Under the pieces are notes generated by a model that worked only from the letters and a program-made list of their open reading frames with translations, was not told the origin of the DNA and did no database searches. A stretch of 32,000 nucleotides of DNA, from the NCBI GenBank assembly GCA_020627705.1, contig JAHDGJ010000001.1, positions 316,398 through 348,397 on the forward strand. The letters are read 5' to 3'. Numbering within the stretch: position 1 is the stretch's first letter; each line of letters starts with the position of its first letter. The stretch comes from Saprospiraceae bacterium. Its GTDB lineage: Bacteria > Bacteroidota > Bacteroidia > Chitinophagales > Saprospiraceae. Below are positions 22,501 to 30,748 of this stretch, piece by piece. Made by a program: the position numbers and the translations under genes.

Positions 22501-22725
22501 GATATCCATGAGTCCATCATTATTAACATCAATAATACCCACACCGCCTCCATTATAGAGATAATGAAAATCAAATACGCTCAATGAATCTTCAAAAATC
22601 AAATTATTAAATTCGAGTGTAATGTTGTTAGAAATAATTGAAGAGGATGTCTTTTCCTGATTACATGACAGAACCAGCCCACAAATGATTAACAAGTAAA
22701 TTCTATCCATTCTAATCAAGGTCAT
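19498..22725 (-). CDS. FG-GAP/VCBS repeat + UnbV/ASPIC domain lipoprotein (CRTAC1-like), a PUL-associated protein of unknown function
   Basis: 1075 aa. Lipoprotein signal (MTLIR)MDRIYLLIICGLVLSCNQ, with an alternative start at ATG 22710. There are many calcium-binding-type FG-GAP loops: DVNNDGLMDIF, DLNCDGKSDLY, DFDNDGDLDLF, DVNQDGYLDVY, DLNGDEMEDIV, DLDNDGDLDIV, DFDQDGDKDFL, DLDNNGSVDP, DLDDDNDLDIV. A central UnbV_ASPIC-like block reads GAKVKVHLDNGKSLVQRITPVRSYMSSMDPRLIFGLG. Confidence 0.85.
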   Translation of the reverse strand: MTLIRMDRIYLLIICGLVLSCNQEKTSSSIISNNITLEFNNLIFEDSLSVFDFHYLYNGGGVGIIDVNNDGLMDIFLGGNMVSSKLFLNRGNMQFEDITEESNLTTDVWINGISVVDLNCDGKSDLYLSVGGADCITSTCNNLLFLNRSENDVIYFEEKSAEVGLKIEGYSQQGLFADFDNDGDLDLFQLQNYVDHNTKNYPKPKQYYSPRSRDKLLINLQQEEGKLVFVDASDKWNVNIPGFGLGVALTDVNQDGYLDVYVANDFITDDVFYINQQGQYFEDQSKQYLKHTSYNSMGVDIADLNGDEMEDIVVVDMLPFQNARQKTMLGEMNFDKYALSRKENYNAQFIRNVVQIHNGPTSFGRTNAFSEIGAFLNLEDTDWSWAPILFDYDNDSQCDLFITNGYGKNITDLDFVNYNSTSTGFGSKEKAVERIKNDIRKLPQVNLPNFLFKNFYSKETQKIVSTQPGISNGAAISDLDNDGDLDIVLNNLNENARIIVNPSTNNFLSLEIEGDSLNTSAIGAKVKVHLDNGKSLVQRITPVRSYMSSMDPRLIFGLGAQKVNSIEVVWPNNLKSSVKIDSDTISSMKLSFSKMQKQEIPIEKKVIGFFEEPTLAVQKEQSSFWGQDFDIQPLLLKPCLNDRALLLQNMNFVFVANIEDAIYKVEYVEDVLVKERMFDLQGYVVTDMKTYRKENGQETLHCVLSTQNQKGLVHSKFLILDFDQHNAISKEWNLAPGIYHFDFIELHEINSMALVLAHFPTAQKYPSSEMSSLFFYDFDGNALNIDAPKMENLNITQVVVEDINADSLQDVILVGEWMSPMILFQSDSGFDQIMEQELSKHSGLWQNVLVEDFDQDGDKDFLMLNLGTNLRYTTTPVNPLKIVSNDLDNNGSVDPIICVFQDEENEYFTYHSKDDLSKILPSIKKNFIDYASFGKATSDNVLETFGTLPKYKYLTTTETMMFEQVSNLFFKKVELPQEVQYSILNDAALIDLDDDNDLDIVFLANNDQIEIHNGKIDALNVLCLSNEGNLQYRPIPADETGLSIPEPSFDMISLKNGRYMLSSDLGIYEIKRSRK

Positions 22726-22784
22726 ATTTATAAAAAATGACCGTTACCAAATAGCAACGGTCATCTAAATATGAAAAAACTATT

Positions 22785-24326
22785 TTAATACCCAGGATTC
22801 TGTACCAACTTTGAATTTGATGACAATTCTGAAACCGGAATCCATATGTACTCATCTCTACCCGTAGTAAATGTTCCACCACTTAAAGATTTAGGATGAT
22901 CTCCATGTAATGAATTCGCTCCGAGATAATCATCAGCTAAGCCCCATCTCACCAAGTCGAAAAATCTATGTCCTTCTCCTGTCAATTCGAGTACTCGCTC
23001 ATCTATTATCGCCTGAGTCATTTCACTTTGTGACAATCCAGAGATTAGATCAACTTCTGCTCGCTCTCTAACCATATTTACGTATGCTTCTGCTTCGCCA
23101 GTTTTATCTTGATTATTTAAAGCTTCTGCCATCATAAGCAAGACATCGGCATATCTAATTATTCTCCAATTGTTTCCCACATTGGTTCCTAAAAAGTCTA
23201 CATCATCTCTTACGCCAATATCTAGTCCGGCATATTTTTTAGTAAAGATTGGCTCCATACCATCACTGTTTGCTACGGCGATATCACCAGCAAAATCATC
23301 AAGATAAGGAACACCGCCATATCCTGTTGAACCTGGATAATCATAAGCCAATGTGGCATTCCTTCTAACCGTCTCTCCGTTAGCTTCAAATAAATCCTTC
23401 ACCCAGGAATTGATAAAATGAGATTGATCAGGAGACTTCGTGGGTGGAGCATAGTCTATATGGAAATTACCCATAGTTCCTACTCCTGGAACATCAACCC
23501 CCCAAGAAAAAGATTCAATTCCTAAGTATTGCAATTCGAAAACGGATTCCGAATTGTTTTCATTGGTTTGACCAAAATTGTCTTGATACTGGGACGCTGG
23601 CAAAAGTGAATAATTACCACCATTAATAACAGTGTTAAATGCAGCTTCTGCCGCTGCCCAGTTGCCTCGATACAGCTCTGACTTTCCTCTAAGCGCGGCT
23701 GCTGATCCTGAAGTTGGTCTACCTGCATTTGTGGCATCCCAAGAACCAGGTAATCTTGATTCTGCCTCATTTAAGTCAGATATTATTTGATTCCAAACTT
23801 CATCAGGGGATGCTTGCAAAGGTTCGTCAATAATATCTGTACTAGTTATTAATGGAACATTTCTAAAAAGATTCAATAGATACCAATGTGAAAAAGCTCT
23901 CATAAAATATGCTTGTCCTACATATTGGTCAGCATTTGGAATACTCGAGTCAACATTTTCGATAATTGCATTGGCTCTATAAATAGCCTTATACGGCTCT
24001 TGCCAAATTTCTGTTGCCCACCTTGCAACTCCTGGAGTTCCTTGTAATGTGGATAATGCGGTATTCGCATCAAATGGACGAACATTAAAAACATCAGATC
24101 GCAACATAGCTCCTGTATGAATTATTCTTCCCCAAAAGAAGGTATTGGTAATTGGATGATACATTCCATTTACGGCATTTTGAGCATCTGATTCGGTTTC
24201 CCAGAAATTACCCGTAGAAACCGTATTGGTATTGTTTTGATCCAATAGACCTTCATTACAACTTTGTGCAAATATTCCAAGCACAAAGACAACCAGAAAA
24301 AGATGTAAATATTTTCTTGTTTTCAT
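22785..24326 (-). CDS. susD: SusD/RagB family nutrient-binding outer-membrane lipoprotein
   Basis: 513 aa. Lipoprotein signal MKTRKYLHLFLVVFVLGIFAQSCNE. SusD-like TPR-rich body: RAFSHWYLLNLFRNVPL, IRYADVLLMMAEAL, RVLELTGEGHRFFDLVRWG. It lies 19 bp downstream of susC. Confidence 0.92.
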   Translation of the reverse strand: MKTRKYLHLFLVVFVLGIFAQSCNEGLLDQNNTNTVSTGNFWETESDAQNAVNGMYHPITNTFFWGRIIHTGAMLRSDVFNVRPFDANTALSTLQGTPGVARWATEIWQEPYKAIYRANAIIENVDSSIPNADQYVGQAYFMRAFSHWYLLNLFRNVPLITSTDIIDEPLQASPDEVWNQIISDLNEAESRLPGSWDATNAGRPTSGSAAALRGKSELYRGNWAAAEAAFNTVINGGNYSLLPASQYQDNFGQTNENNSESVFELQYLGIESFSWGVDVPGVGTMGNFHIDYAPPTKSPDQSHFINSWVKDLFEANGETVRRNATLAYDYPGSTGYGGVPYLDDFAGDIAVANSDGMEPIFTKKYAGLDIGVRDDVDFLGTNVGNNWRIIRYADVLLMMAEALNNQDKTGEAEAYVNMVRERAEVDLISGLSQSEMTQAIIDERVLELTGEGHRFFDLVRWGLADDYLGANSLHGDHPKSLSGGTFTTGRDEYIWIPVSELSSNSKLVQNPGY

Positions 24327-24345
24327 TTTTCTAATTTATTATTTA

Positions 24346-27300
24346 TTAAAAATTGGCTTGTAAACCAAAGATTATTCCTCGTGCGTTAGGATAAGCTCTT
24401 GCATCCAGTCCTCTACCCAATAATGGATTTACATTAACTCTGTTTCCTTGGAATCCAGAATCTCTGTTTGCTCTACCTCCATTGGTTGAAGAAACATCTG
24501 GATCATAACCAGAATAACTTGTAAACGTTAGTAAGTTTTGTCCAGACACAAACACTCTGAGTCCTTTCAGAGCATCCAACACCTTAGTTTCGTCAAAGGT
24601 ATATCCTACCTCAAGAGATCTCAATCTAAAGTATGAACCATTCTCTACGAAAAATGAACTAGGAGCACGGTTCCCTGCTTGATCCAATGCTGTAGATCTA
24701 GGAATATCGGTATTCGTATTGGACGGCGTCCATGCGTTTAAGACATCTGATAATTTGTTGTCATCTGCCCAAAACATATTAAAGAATTTATTTAGGTTAT
24801 AAATCTCGTTTCCTTGAACACCATTAAAAAATAAACCAAAATCCAAGTTGTTATAGTTTCCGGTAAAATTAATGCCGTAAATAAAATCAGGGGTTGGATC
24901 TCCTAGAACTGTTTGATCGTCATTATTCACAATGCCATCACCATTAATATCTCTTCGAATAAAGTCACCCGGTTGAACCAATGATCTTCTTGTAGGATCA
25001 TTTGCGATGTTTGGATCACTTTCAATAGCTGCTTGATCCGCATACACTCCATCAATTTGGAATCCCCAATACACTCCAGGAGCTTCACCTTCTATAAAAC
25101 GATTGACTCTGGTCAAATCCTCACTAGTTGAAGGTCCTAGAATTGGATTTGGCAAAGAGGTAATTTCACTGTTAAAAGTTGCTAAATTGAATCCAATATT
25201 ATAATTAAATCCATCTCTTTCGCCACCTCGATACAAGGCATCAAATTCAAATCCCGAATTTCGTATTGCTCCAGCATTCCTTACCACTGGCTGAGATGTT
25301 CCGGCCGTTGAAGGGATATTCACTCCTACTAAAATGTCCTCAACATCCTTGATATAATATTCTGCAGAGAAAATAAATTTATCCTCATATAATCCAACAT
25401 CTGCACCTACATTTATCGTAGTTGCCTCTTCCCATTTTAACTCTTCTACTGCAAATTGCGTTTGAGCATACCCGGTTTGTAGCGCTCCTCCAAAAGAAGT
25501 ATTAGATGTTAATCCAAAAACAGACTGGTACGAATAATCAGGAATATTTTGAGATCCCAAAGTACCATACCCTGCTCTCAACTTTAATCTATTAATTACT
25601 GTAGATTCAAAAAACTCGGAATTATGAACTTTCCATCCTGCGGAGAATGAGGGAAAATATCCTACTCTGAAATCTGGAGAAAACTTTGAAGAAGCATCTC
25701 TTCTCATAGTAAATTGAGCCAAAAACTGATCGGCGTGATTGTAGTTAATTCGACCAAATAACGACTGCAATCCACTCACATTCTGAACGCCTCCAACATT
25801 TTGAACATTCGAAGGGGCTGCAGCACCTGAAACTTGAATGCTGTTACTAGGCAATCCCTGAACATAAAGCCCTAAATTTTGAAAATCTATTTTTTGCTCA
25901 GTATATCCAACCACAACATTTAAGTTGCCATTGTTGCTCATATCCATATTGTATGAAAGCGTTGGCTCAAATAAGGTTAGCAGACTTTCTCCTCTCACCT
26001 CAGTTAGATCATTTTGATCATTAGTATTTATAACTGCATCTGATGCACTCATGAAATAAGTAGGCACGAAAGTTCGTGAATAAGTATTGAGATAATCAAT
26101 ACCATAGTTAAGCTTTACTGCTAAATTTTCGGTAAGGTCGTATTTGAAATTTATGTTTCCTAGAACATTCTTTGTATTTAAATTATTGTCCTCCAAACTT
26201 GCGAGGGCATATTTATTAAGGCCACCAAAATTGTGAATGTCAAAAGAAGGTGCTTCGAAACCACCATCATTTGCAGTTACATTTTCCTCCAAAATGGGTG
26301 CAGTTGCTCCGTCAAAACCAAACCAATTATTCTCTTGAAGATTAGAATTCATTAAAGAGAGGGACTGTGTAATGGTTAACTTACCAAGGTTGAATTGACT
26401 ATTAGCTCTACCATTCATTCTATTAAATTCAGAACCTACTAATATCCCATCCTGACCAAAATAGTTGCCGGAAATATAAAATTTAGCGTTTTTGTTTCCA
26501 CCCGAGAAAGAAACCCCGTAGTCTTGAATTCCACCAGGATTAAGAGAAAGGTCTTGCCAATCGGTACTTGGAAGCCCAGAGGGCATAACAAATCCTGTTC
26601 CATCATTTTGTTCGAGTTGGTTTCTATACTGAACAAACTCCTCTCCATTTAACAAATCCAACATTTTGGTAGGAGCTTCAACACCTCCTCTTAAATCAAC
26701 AGTAATGTTAGTTTTTCCATCATCGGTCCCTCTTTTTGTAGTGACAAGAACTACTCCATTCGCAGCTCTAGAACCGTATATCGCAGCCGATGATGCATCT
26801 TTCAACACTTCAATTGATTCTATATCCTTTGGATTTAAATGATTCATATTTTCGGCGAATGTCCCATCAATTACGTAAAGTGGATAAGAATTAGTTAATG
26901 AACTCACACCTCGAACAAAAACATTTGACGCACCTCCTGGAGCTCCACCATTATTTTCCACTTGAACACCGGCAAGTCTACCTTGCAAAGCTGCCGTAGG
27001 ATTTCCAACGGCTATTTTTGTTAGTTCTGCACCTTTAATCGATGAGACTGATCCAACAAGATCACTTTTCTTCTGAACGCCATACCCTACCACTACTACC
27101 TCATCCAAGATTTGATCATCGGTAGACATAACCACATCAATAACTGTTCTGCCATCAATTTGAATTTCTTGTGTTTTATACCCTAAATAGGAGTAAGTAA
27201 TGCTTGTAGATCCTTCTGGTACTCTCAACGTATATCCACCGTCAATATCAGTAATGGTACCGTTGTTCGTTCCGGTTACCACTACACTTGCCCCAATAAC

Positions 27301-27447
27301 TGGTTCTTCATTAGAATCCAAAACTTTTCCGCTTACGTTTTGAGCAACAAGAGTTAAGCTTAACGAAGAAAAGAAAAATAGAAGTGAAAAAATCTTTAAG
27401 TACCGAATGTACTTGTTGAATTCTTGACAATAGTTTTTAACATACAT
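24346..27447 (-). CDS. susC: SusC/RagA family TonB-dependent outer-membrane transporter
   Basis: 1033 aa. Signal peptide, then a carboxypeptidase-regulatory-like domain (VSGKVLDSNEEPVIGASVVVTGTNNGTITDIDGGYTL). The plug region has DEVVVVGYGVQKKSDLVGSVSSI and IESIEVLKDASSAAIYGSRAANGVVLVTTKRG. The barrel ends in a terminal aromatic residue (...GLQANF). Confidence 0.95.
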   Translation of the reverse strand: MYVKNYCQEFNKYIRYLKIFSLLFFFSSLSLTLVAQNVSGKVLDSNEEPVIGASVVVTGTNNGTITDIDGGYTLRVPEGSTSITYSYLGYKTQEIQIDGRTVIDVVMSTDDQILDEVVVVGYGVQKKSDLVGSVSSIKGAELTKIAVGNPTAALQGRLAGVQVENNGGAPGGASNVFVRGVSSLTNSYPLYVIDGTFAENMNHLNPKDIESIEVLKDASSAAIYGSRAANGVVLVTTKRGTDDGKTNITVDLRGGVEAPTKMLDLLNGEEFVQYRNQLEQNDGTGFVMPSGLPSTDWQDLSLNPGGIQDYGVSFSGGNKNAKFYISGNYFGQDGILVGSEFNRMNGRANSQFNLGKLTITQSLSLMNSNLQENNWFGFDGATAPILEENVTANDGGFEAPSFDIHNFGGLNKYALASLEDNNLNTKNVLGNINFKYDLTENLAVKLNYGIDYLNTYSRTFVPTYFMSASDAVINTNDQNDLTEVRGESLLTLFEPTLSYNMDMSNNGNLNVVVGYTEQKIDFQNLGLYVQGLPSNSIQVSGAAAPSNVQNVGGVQNVSGLQSLFGRINYNHADQFLAQFTMRRDASSKFSPDFRVGYFPSFSAGWKVHNSEFFESTVINRLKLRAGYGTLGSQNIPDYSYQSVFGLTSNTSFGGALQTGYAQTQFAVEELKWEEATTINVGADVGLYEDKFIFSAEYYIKDVEDILVGVNIPSTAGTSQPVVRNAGAIRNSGFEFDALYRGGERDGFNYNIGFNLATFNSEITSLPNPILGPSTSEDLTRVNRFIEGEAPGVYWGFQIDGVYADQAAIESDPNIANDPTRRSLVQPGDFIRRDINGDGIVNNDDQTVLGDPTPDFIYGINFTGNYNNLDFGLFFNGVQGNEIYNLNKFFNMFWADDNKLSDVLNAWTPSNTNTDIPRSTALDQAGNRAPSSFFVENGSYFRLRSLEVGYTFDETKVLDALKGLRVFVSGQNLLTFTSYSGYDPDVSSTNGGRANRDSGFQGNRVNVNPLLGRGLDARAYPNARGIIFGLQANF

Positions 27448-27518
27448 AATAGTAAATTTGGTTTTAGTTTTTAAAATTGTTTGCGTCGCATTCGAATTCT
27501 CGAAGAGATCTATAGTCT

Positions 27519-28532
27519 TTACATAGAATTTCTTTTTATAAGCTTGCCAGGAATGATGGTATTTGAATATTGTTGATTGAGTATGGAATTAGCGGCTTTA
27601 ATCCCCATTTCAACAAAATCTGTGGAGAATGTAGTAATGCCGTCGAATATGATTTCTTTTACTGGGGAATCATTGTGTGAAAGAATGCCAACATCTTTTC
27701 CTAAATGGAAATTGTTTTCTTTCACATCCTTTAAAATTTTCCATAAATCAGAATCCCCTACTGTAAAATACAGGCTACCCAATTCCAATTCATTGAGTTC
27801 ATACTCTTCCTTTATGATTAAATCAATTTTTTGTTCTCTACAAAATTGCTGAGTAGCAGAATAAATTTCTTTTGGATAATCAGAGGAAGATTTATAAAAA
27901 AGAATGAGTCTTTTGTACTTCGCTATTTCTGTTTTTAAACCATGTAATACGAGCAAAAGAGATTGTTCAAATTCTTGTGTAATTTTTGAAACCGTGTCCG
28001 AAACATGGAGATAACGGTCTATTAGAATCAGCTTAGATGTTGGAAATGAGTCCAATATTTTTGAGAACCTGTTATCCTGAATAGGTGCTACAACGTAATT
28101 GCCATAGTTCCCATTGATATCGCTAAGAATACTCTCAAAAATTTTGGAATTGTTATGATGAAAGAAAACATCAATCTTAAACTTTTTGCCTAAGGTTTTT
28201 CTAAAACTATTATAAAAATCTTGTTGAAAGGTTTGAAATCCATAAAGAACAAGCGCAACAGTTTGCTCAATTTCTAGTTCTTTATTAGCAACAAAATACC
28301 CTAATCCATGCTTTGAATCGATAATGCCCCTTTCCTTCAAATCTTTATAGGCCAACACTACTGTTTCTCTTGAAAATCCCACTTGAGCGGACAACTCGTT
28401 TACAGAAGGTAATATATCTCCCAGACGTAAATCACTTTCCTGTATACAGTATGAAACAGCACTAACAATTTTTTCTTTTTTAGTAGCTGTTCGTTTTGGA
28501 TTAGAACGAATATGATTCAATAACTTTTTCAA
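27519..28532 (-). CDS. Hybrid transcriptional regulator: GntR-type winged HTH with a LacI/periplasmic-binding-protein-type sugar-binding domain (AraR-like architecture)
   Basis: 337 aa. N-terminus LGDILPSVNELSAQVGFSRETVVLAYKDLKERGIIDSKHGLGYFV is a GntR-type HTH. The remainder alternates beta/alpha segments like LacI/GalR effector domains (VALVLYGF..., LILFYKSS..., GILSHNDSP). The only in-frame start upstream of the HTH is TTG (28532). It is the first gene of the co-directional cluster. Confidence 0.75.
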   Translation of the reverse strand: MKKLLNHIRSNPKRTATKKEKIVSAVSYCIQESDLRLGDILPSVNELSAQVGFSRETVVLAYKDLKERGIIDSKHGLGYFVANKELEIEQTVALVLYGFQTFQQDFYNSFRKTLGKKFKIDVFFHHNNSKIFESILSDINGNYGNYVVAPIQDNRFSKILDSFPTSKLILIDRYLHVSDTVSKITQEFEQSLLLVLHGLKTEIAKYKRLILFYKSSSDYPKEIYSATQQFCREQKIDLIIKEEYELNELELGSLYFTVGDSDLWKILKDVKENNFHLGKDVGILSHNDSPVKEIIFDGITTFSTDFVEMGIKAANSILNQQYSNTIIPGKLIKRNSM

Positions 28533-28565
28533 CTTCTCAGGTCAAATGTTCTTTAAATAATGAGC

Positions 28566-28590
28566 ACTGTACTATACTATACTGTACTGT
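28566..28590. repeat. Five tandem pentamers ACTGT-ACTAT-ACTAT-ACTGT-ACTGT, containing two CTGTACT heptamers. Candidate operator in the regulator/PUL leader.
   Basis: Read directly at 28566-28590, 34-58 nt upstream of the regulator's TTG start. On the coding strand it reads ACAGT ACAGT ATAGT ATAGT ACAGT. Each CTGTACT copy (28567-28573 and 28582-28588) contains the GTAC palindrome. Confidence 0.5.
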
Positions 28591-28775
28591 TTTAAATAAA
28601 TATACAAAAATTTACGAATTGCCTCGATACCCAAAAGCCCAAATTATAAACCGGACATCAAGATTTGTGCGATACAGGATTTTGAGAAAATATCAAGTTG
28701 CCGATATTTTAGCTCTATCAGAATAAATAGAAGTTACTTATCTCTTGTAAAAAGGATTATTGCTACGATAAAAAG

Positions 28776-29111
28776 TTATTTCTTAGGAATAATCTCAGTT
28801 TGCTCTCCAAAATACTCGACAAACTGTTGCATGGCATTGGAGAGCGCGGTATTATTTGTAGCTTTTTGGTATGTGGAAGTTAAAGCCCTTAGCGTTTGAA
28901 AAAAAAAACGATCCATTTCTACCACTTGCATTTCTTTAGTCCACAAATCTATTTTAAGCGTATCTAAAGATTGTGCATCAAATAAGGACAGCAGCATTCC
29001 TTTGCACTCTTCAAACTCGGGATTTCCTTCGGAAGATTTCCAATGAATTTTTGCAGGAACATTCTGATCATCCAATTCAATTTTAAGTTCGATGGTAGAA
29101 ACTTTCGACAT
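28776..29111 (-). CDS. gldC: Gliding motility protein GldC
   Basis: 111 aa. The blocks IELKIELDDQNVPAKIHWKSSEG, MLLSLFDAQSLDTLKIDLWTKEMQVVEMDRFFFQTL and FVEYFGE match the conserved GldC pattern (...IDLWTKDMxVDEMxxFFxQT...), recalled from memory. The size is right. Confidence 0.8.
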   Translation of the reverse strand: MSKVSTIELKIELDDQNVPAKIHWKSSEGNPEFEECKGMLLSLFDAQSLDTLKIDLWTKEMQVVEMDRFFFQTLRALTSTYQKATNNTALSNAMQQFVEYFGEQTEIIPKK

Positions 29112-29179
29112 GATAGATTTGATTTTTGGCGAAGATAAACTACTTTTTTTCCCTCGAAGTATTCTATATTCGAAACTTC

Positions 29180-29923
29180 ATGAATGGACTTTGGGAAAAA
29201 ATATTTATTGACAACCAAGAATGGGTTAATTATAGTACTGAGCATTACATCAGTTTCGTAATTTTTTCTGTTTTGGGTGTTGCATTTATTTATTGTGGTA
29301 CCAAGATTTGGGACGAAAAACAAAAACATAAATACTGGCTGTATCTATGTATTTTTCTTTGGATCGTACAATACGCTAAGGTTCTCATAAAATGGCAGCT
29401 TGGTGTTTTCGATTATCATAGAGATTTGCCTTTAGAATTGTGCAACATGTTGCCGATTTTCATGACACTTGCGGTGTACTACAAAAGTCAGAAATGGTGG
29501 GCTATCTTGTTCTTTTGGATAATGGCAGGCACCTTTCAGTCCAATTTTACACCGACCCTTAAGGACACCTTTCCTCATTACGAATATTTTAGATATTGGA
29601 TTATTCATATGGGGCTGCCTATTGCAGCCATGTATGGTGTGTTTGCCATGGGGTATCGAATAACATTCAAAGACGGACTTAGGTCCTTTTTATGGATGAA
29701 TGTCTTGGCTTGGAGCATGTTTTTGTTTAACCATTTCTCAGGAGCAAACTATATGTTTATGCAAGGCAAGCCGGATGGCAAAACCATATACGATCTTATG
29801 GCAGATTGGCCTATGTATTTATTCCAGTTGGAGTTTGTTCTTTGGGCATTCATCATCCTAATACTCATTCCATTTTGGGTGCATAGGTACTTCTCGAAGA
29901 AAAGAGCTAAAGAAAAGGACTAG
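29180..29923 (+). CDS. YwaF/TMEM164-like (TIGR02206-type) integral membrane protein
   Basis: I prefer ATG at 29180 (MNGLWEKIF...) over the track's TTG at 29126. There are about 7 hydrophobic segments. The LPLELCNM motif after the second or third TM is characteristic of YwaF-like proteins. Confidence 0.55.
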   Translation: MNGLWEKIFIDNQEWVNYSTEHYISFVIFSVLGVAFIYCGTKIWDEKQKHKYWLYLCIFLWIVQYAKVLIKWQLGVFDYHRDLPLELCNMLPIFMTLAVYYKSQKWWAILFFWIMAGTFQSNFTPTLKDTFPHYEYFRYWIIHMGLPIAAMYGVFAMGYRITFKDGLRSFLWMNVLAWSMFLFNHFSGANYMFMQGKPDGKTIYDLMADWPMYLFQLEFVLWAFIILILIPFWVHRYFSKKRAKEKD

Positions 29924-30711
29924 CAAGGTTTGATCTTAACTCCTTTCTGATTAAGAAGGTGAAGAACTCCTTTATCCCCCGAAAGATGTGCTGCCCCTAC
30001 TGCTGCAAATAAGGTTTTTTGGGATGAAATTTCTATAATTGAGTTTGCCATTTGTTCATTTCTATTAAACAGGAGAAGCTTCTTATATCGACCTAAACTT
30101 TTTTTACTCTTCTGATATAAGGCATGTATTTTTTCTTGTTCGTATAGGGTGCACATATCTTTGAGCGAAGCGGCGTATTTAGAATAATTAAGTAAAATAT
30201 CCTTCAACTGCTTCAGTTGAAATTGCATATCAATAGACGACAATATGGTTAACTGATCTTCAAAAAGTTCTAGTCCCTCGCGCTCCATATTTTGCTTTAT
30301 GGCAGAATCCCAAAGGTGCTGGTCCAGATTCACCGCATAATCATTGCTCAAAAGTTTTGAGGTCAACATACTTGTAATTCCAAAGGGCAAAACGCTTTGT
30401 AAGGCATGAAGGTCGATGTCAAAATATTTGACACTGGCATTATTCAACTTTTTGAAAAGACGCGGACCATATAATTCCGAAAGTCCCTGACCAGAAGGAT
30501 TTAAAAAAATGTGTTGGCTTTGAATATTGGATCTTAAATCCAAGTTGTATTCACATGCCATAACTTGACAAACACCTTGATATTTTAGGGCTTTTTCTAG
30601 ATGACTAAATGCGAAAGAATCTTGCACATGCATCGTTCCAAAAACATAAGATTTTTTTGTGCTATTTGGAAAAGATAACTCCCATAACACTGAATCACGT
30701 TTTCTTGACAT
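29920..30711 (-). CDS. TraB/GumN family protein
   Basis: 263 aa. SYVFGTMHV near the N-terminus and LFAAVGAAHLSGDKGVLHLL near the C-terminus are the two hallmark blocks of the TraB/GumN family. Confidence 0.8.
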   Translation of the reverse strand: MSRKRDSVLWELSFPNSTKKSYVFGTMHVQDSFAFSHLEKALKYQGVCQVMACEYNLDLRSNIQSQHIFLNPSGQGLSELYGPRLFKKLNNASVKYFDIDLHALQSVLPFGITSMLTSKLLSNDYAVNLDQHLWDSAIKQNMEREGLELFEDQLTILSSIDMQFQLKQLKDILLNYSKYAASLKDMCTLYEQEKIHALYQKSKKSLGRYKKLLLFNRNEQMANSIIEISSQKTLFAAVGAAHLSGDKGVLHLLNQKGVKIKPC

Positions 30712-30748
30712 ACTTCCCTATAGGTCAGAATTTGACCACTAATACCTT

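Noticed and set aside
27491-27504. Overlapping palindromes TTCGA-ATTC-TCGAA (includes TTCGAA and GAATTC) in the 71 bp regulator-susC spacer, as a possible operator or terminator
   Set aside because: The arms are only 5 bp and there is no flanking T-run. That is too short to distinguish from chance without comparative data. I noted it only as a place to look in footprinting.
28687-28710. Inverted repeat AAAATATC-N8-GATATTTT downstream of gldC, as a possible terminator
   Set aside because: The stem is all A/T and thermodynamically weak. It is not followed by a U-run on the gldC strand.
28964-29329. 121 aa minus-strand ORF spanning the gldC start region and the YwaF-like gene start
   Set aside because: It overlaps two better-supported genes (gldC in another frame and the YwaF-like gene antisense), and its translation has no recognisable features.
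30723-30737. GGTCA-GAATT-TGACC hairpin between the Lrp/AsnC stop and the TraB start
   Set aside because: It has a 5 bp stem and no T-tract, so it is insufficient for a terminator call. It could be a regulator half-site, but there is no supporting evidence.
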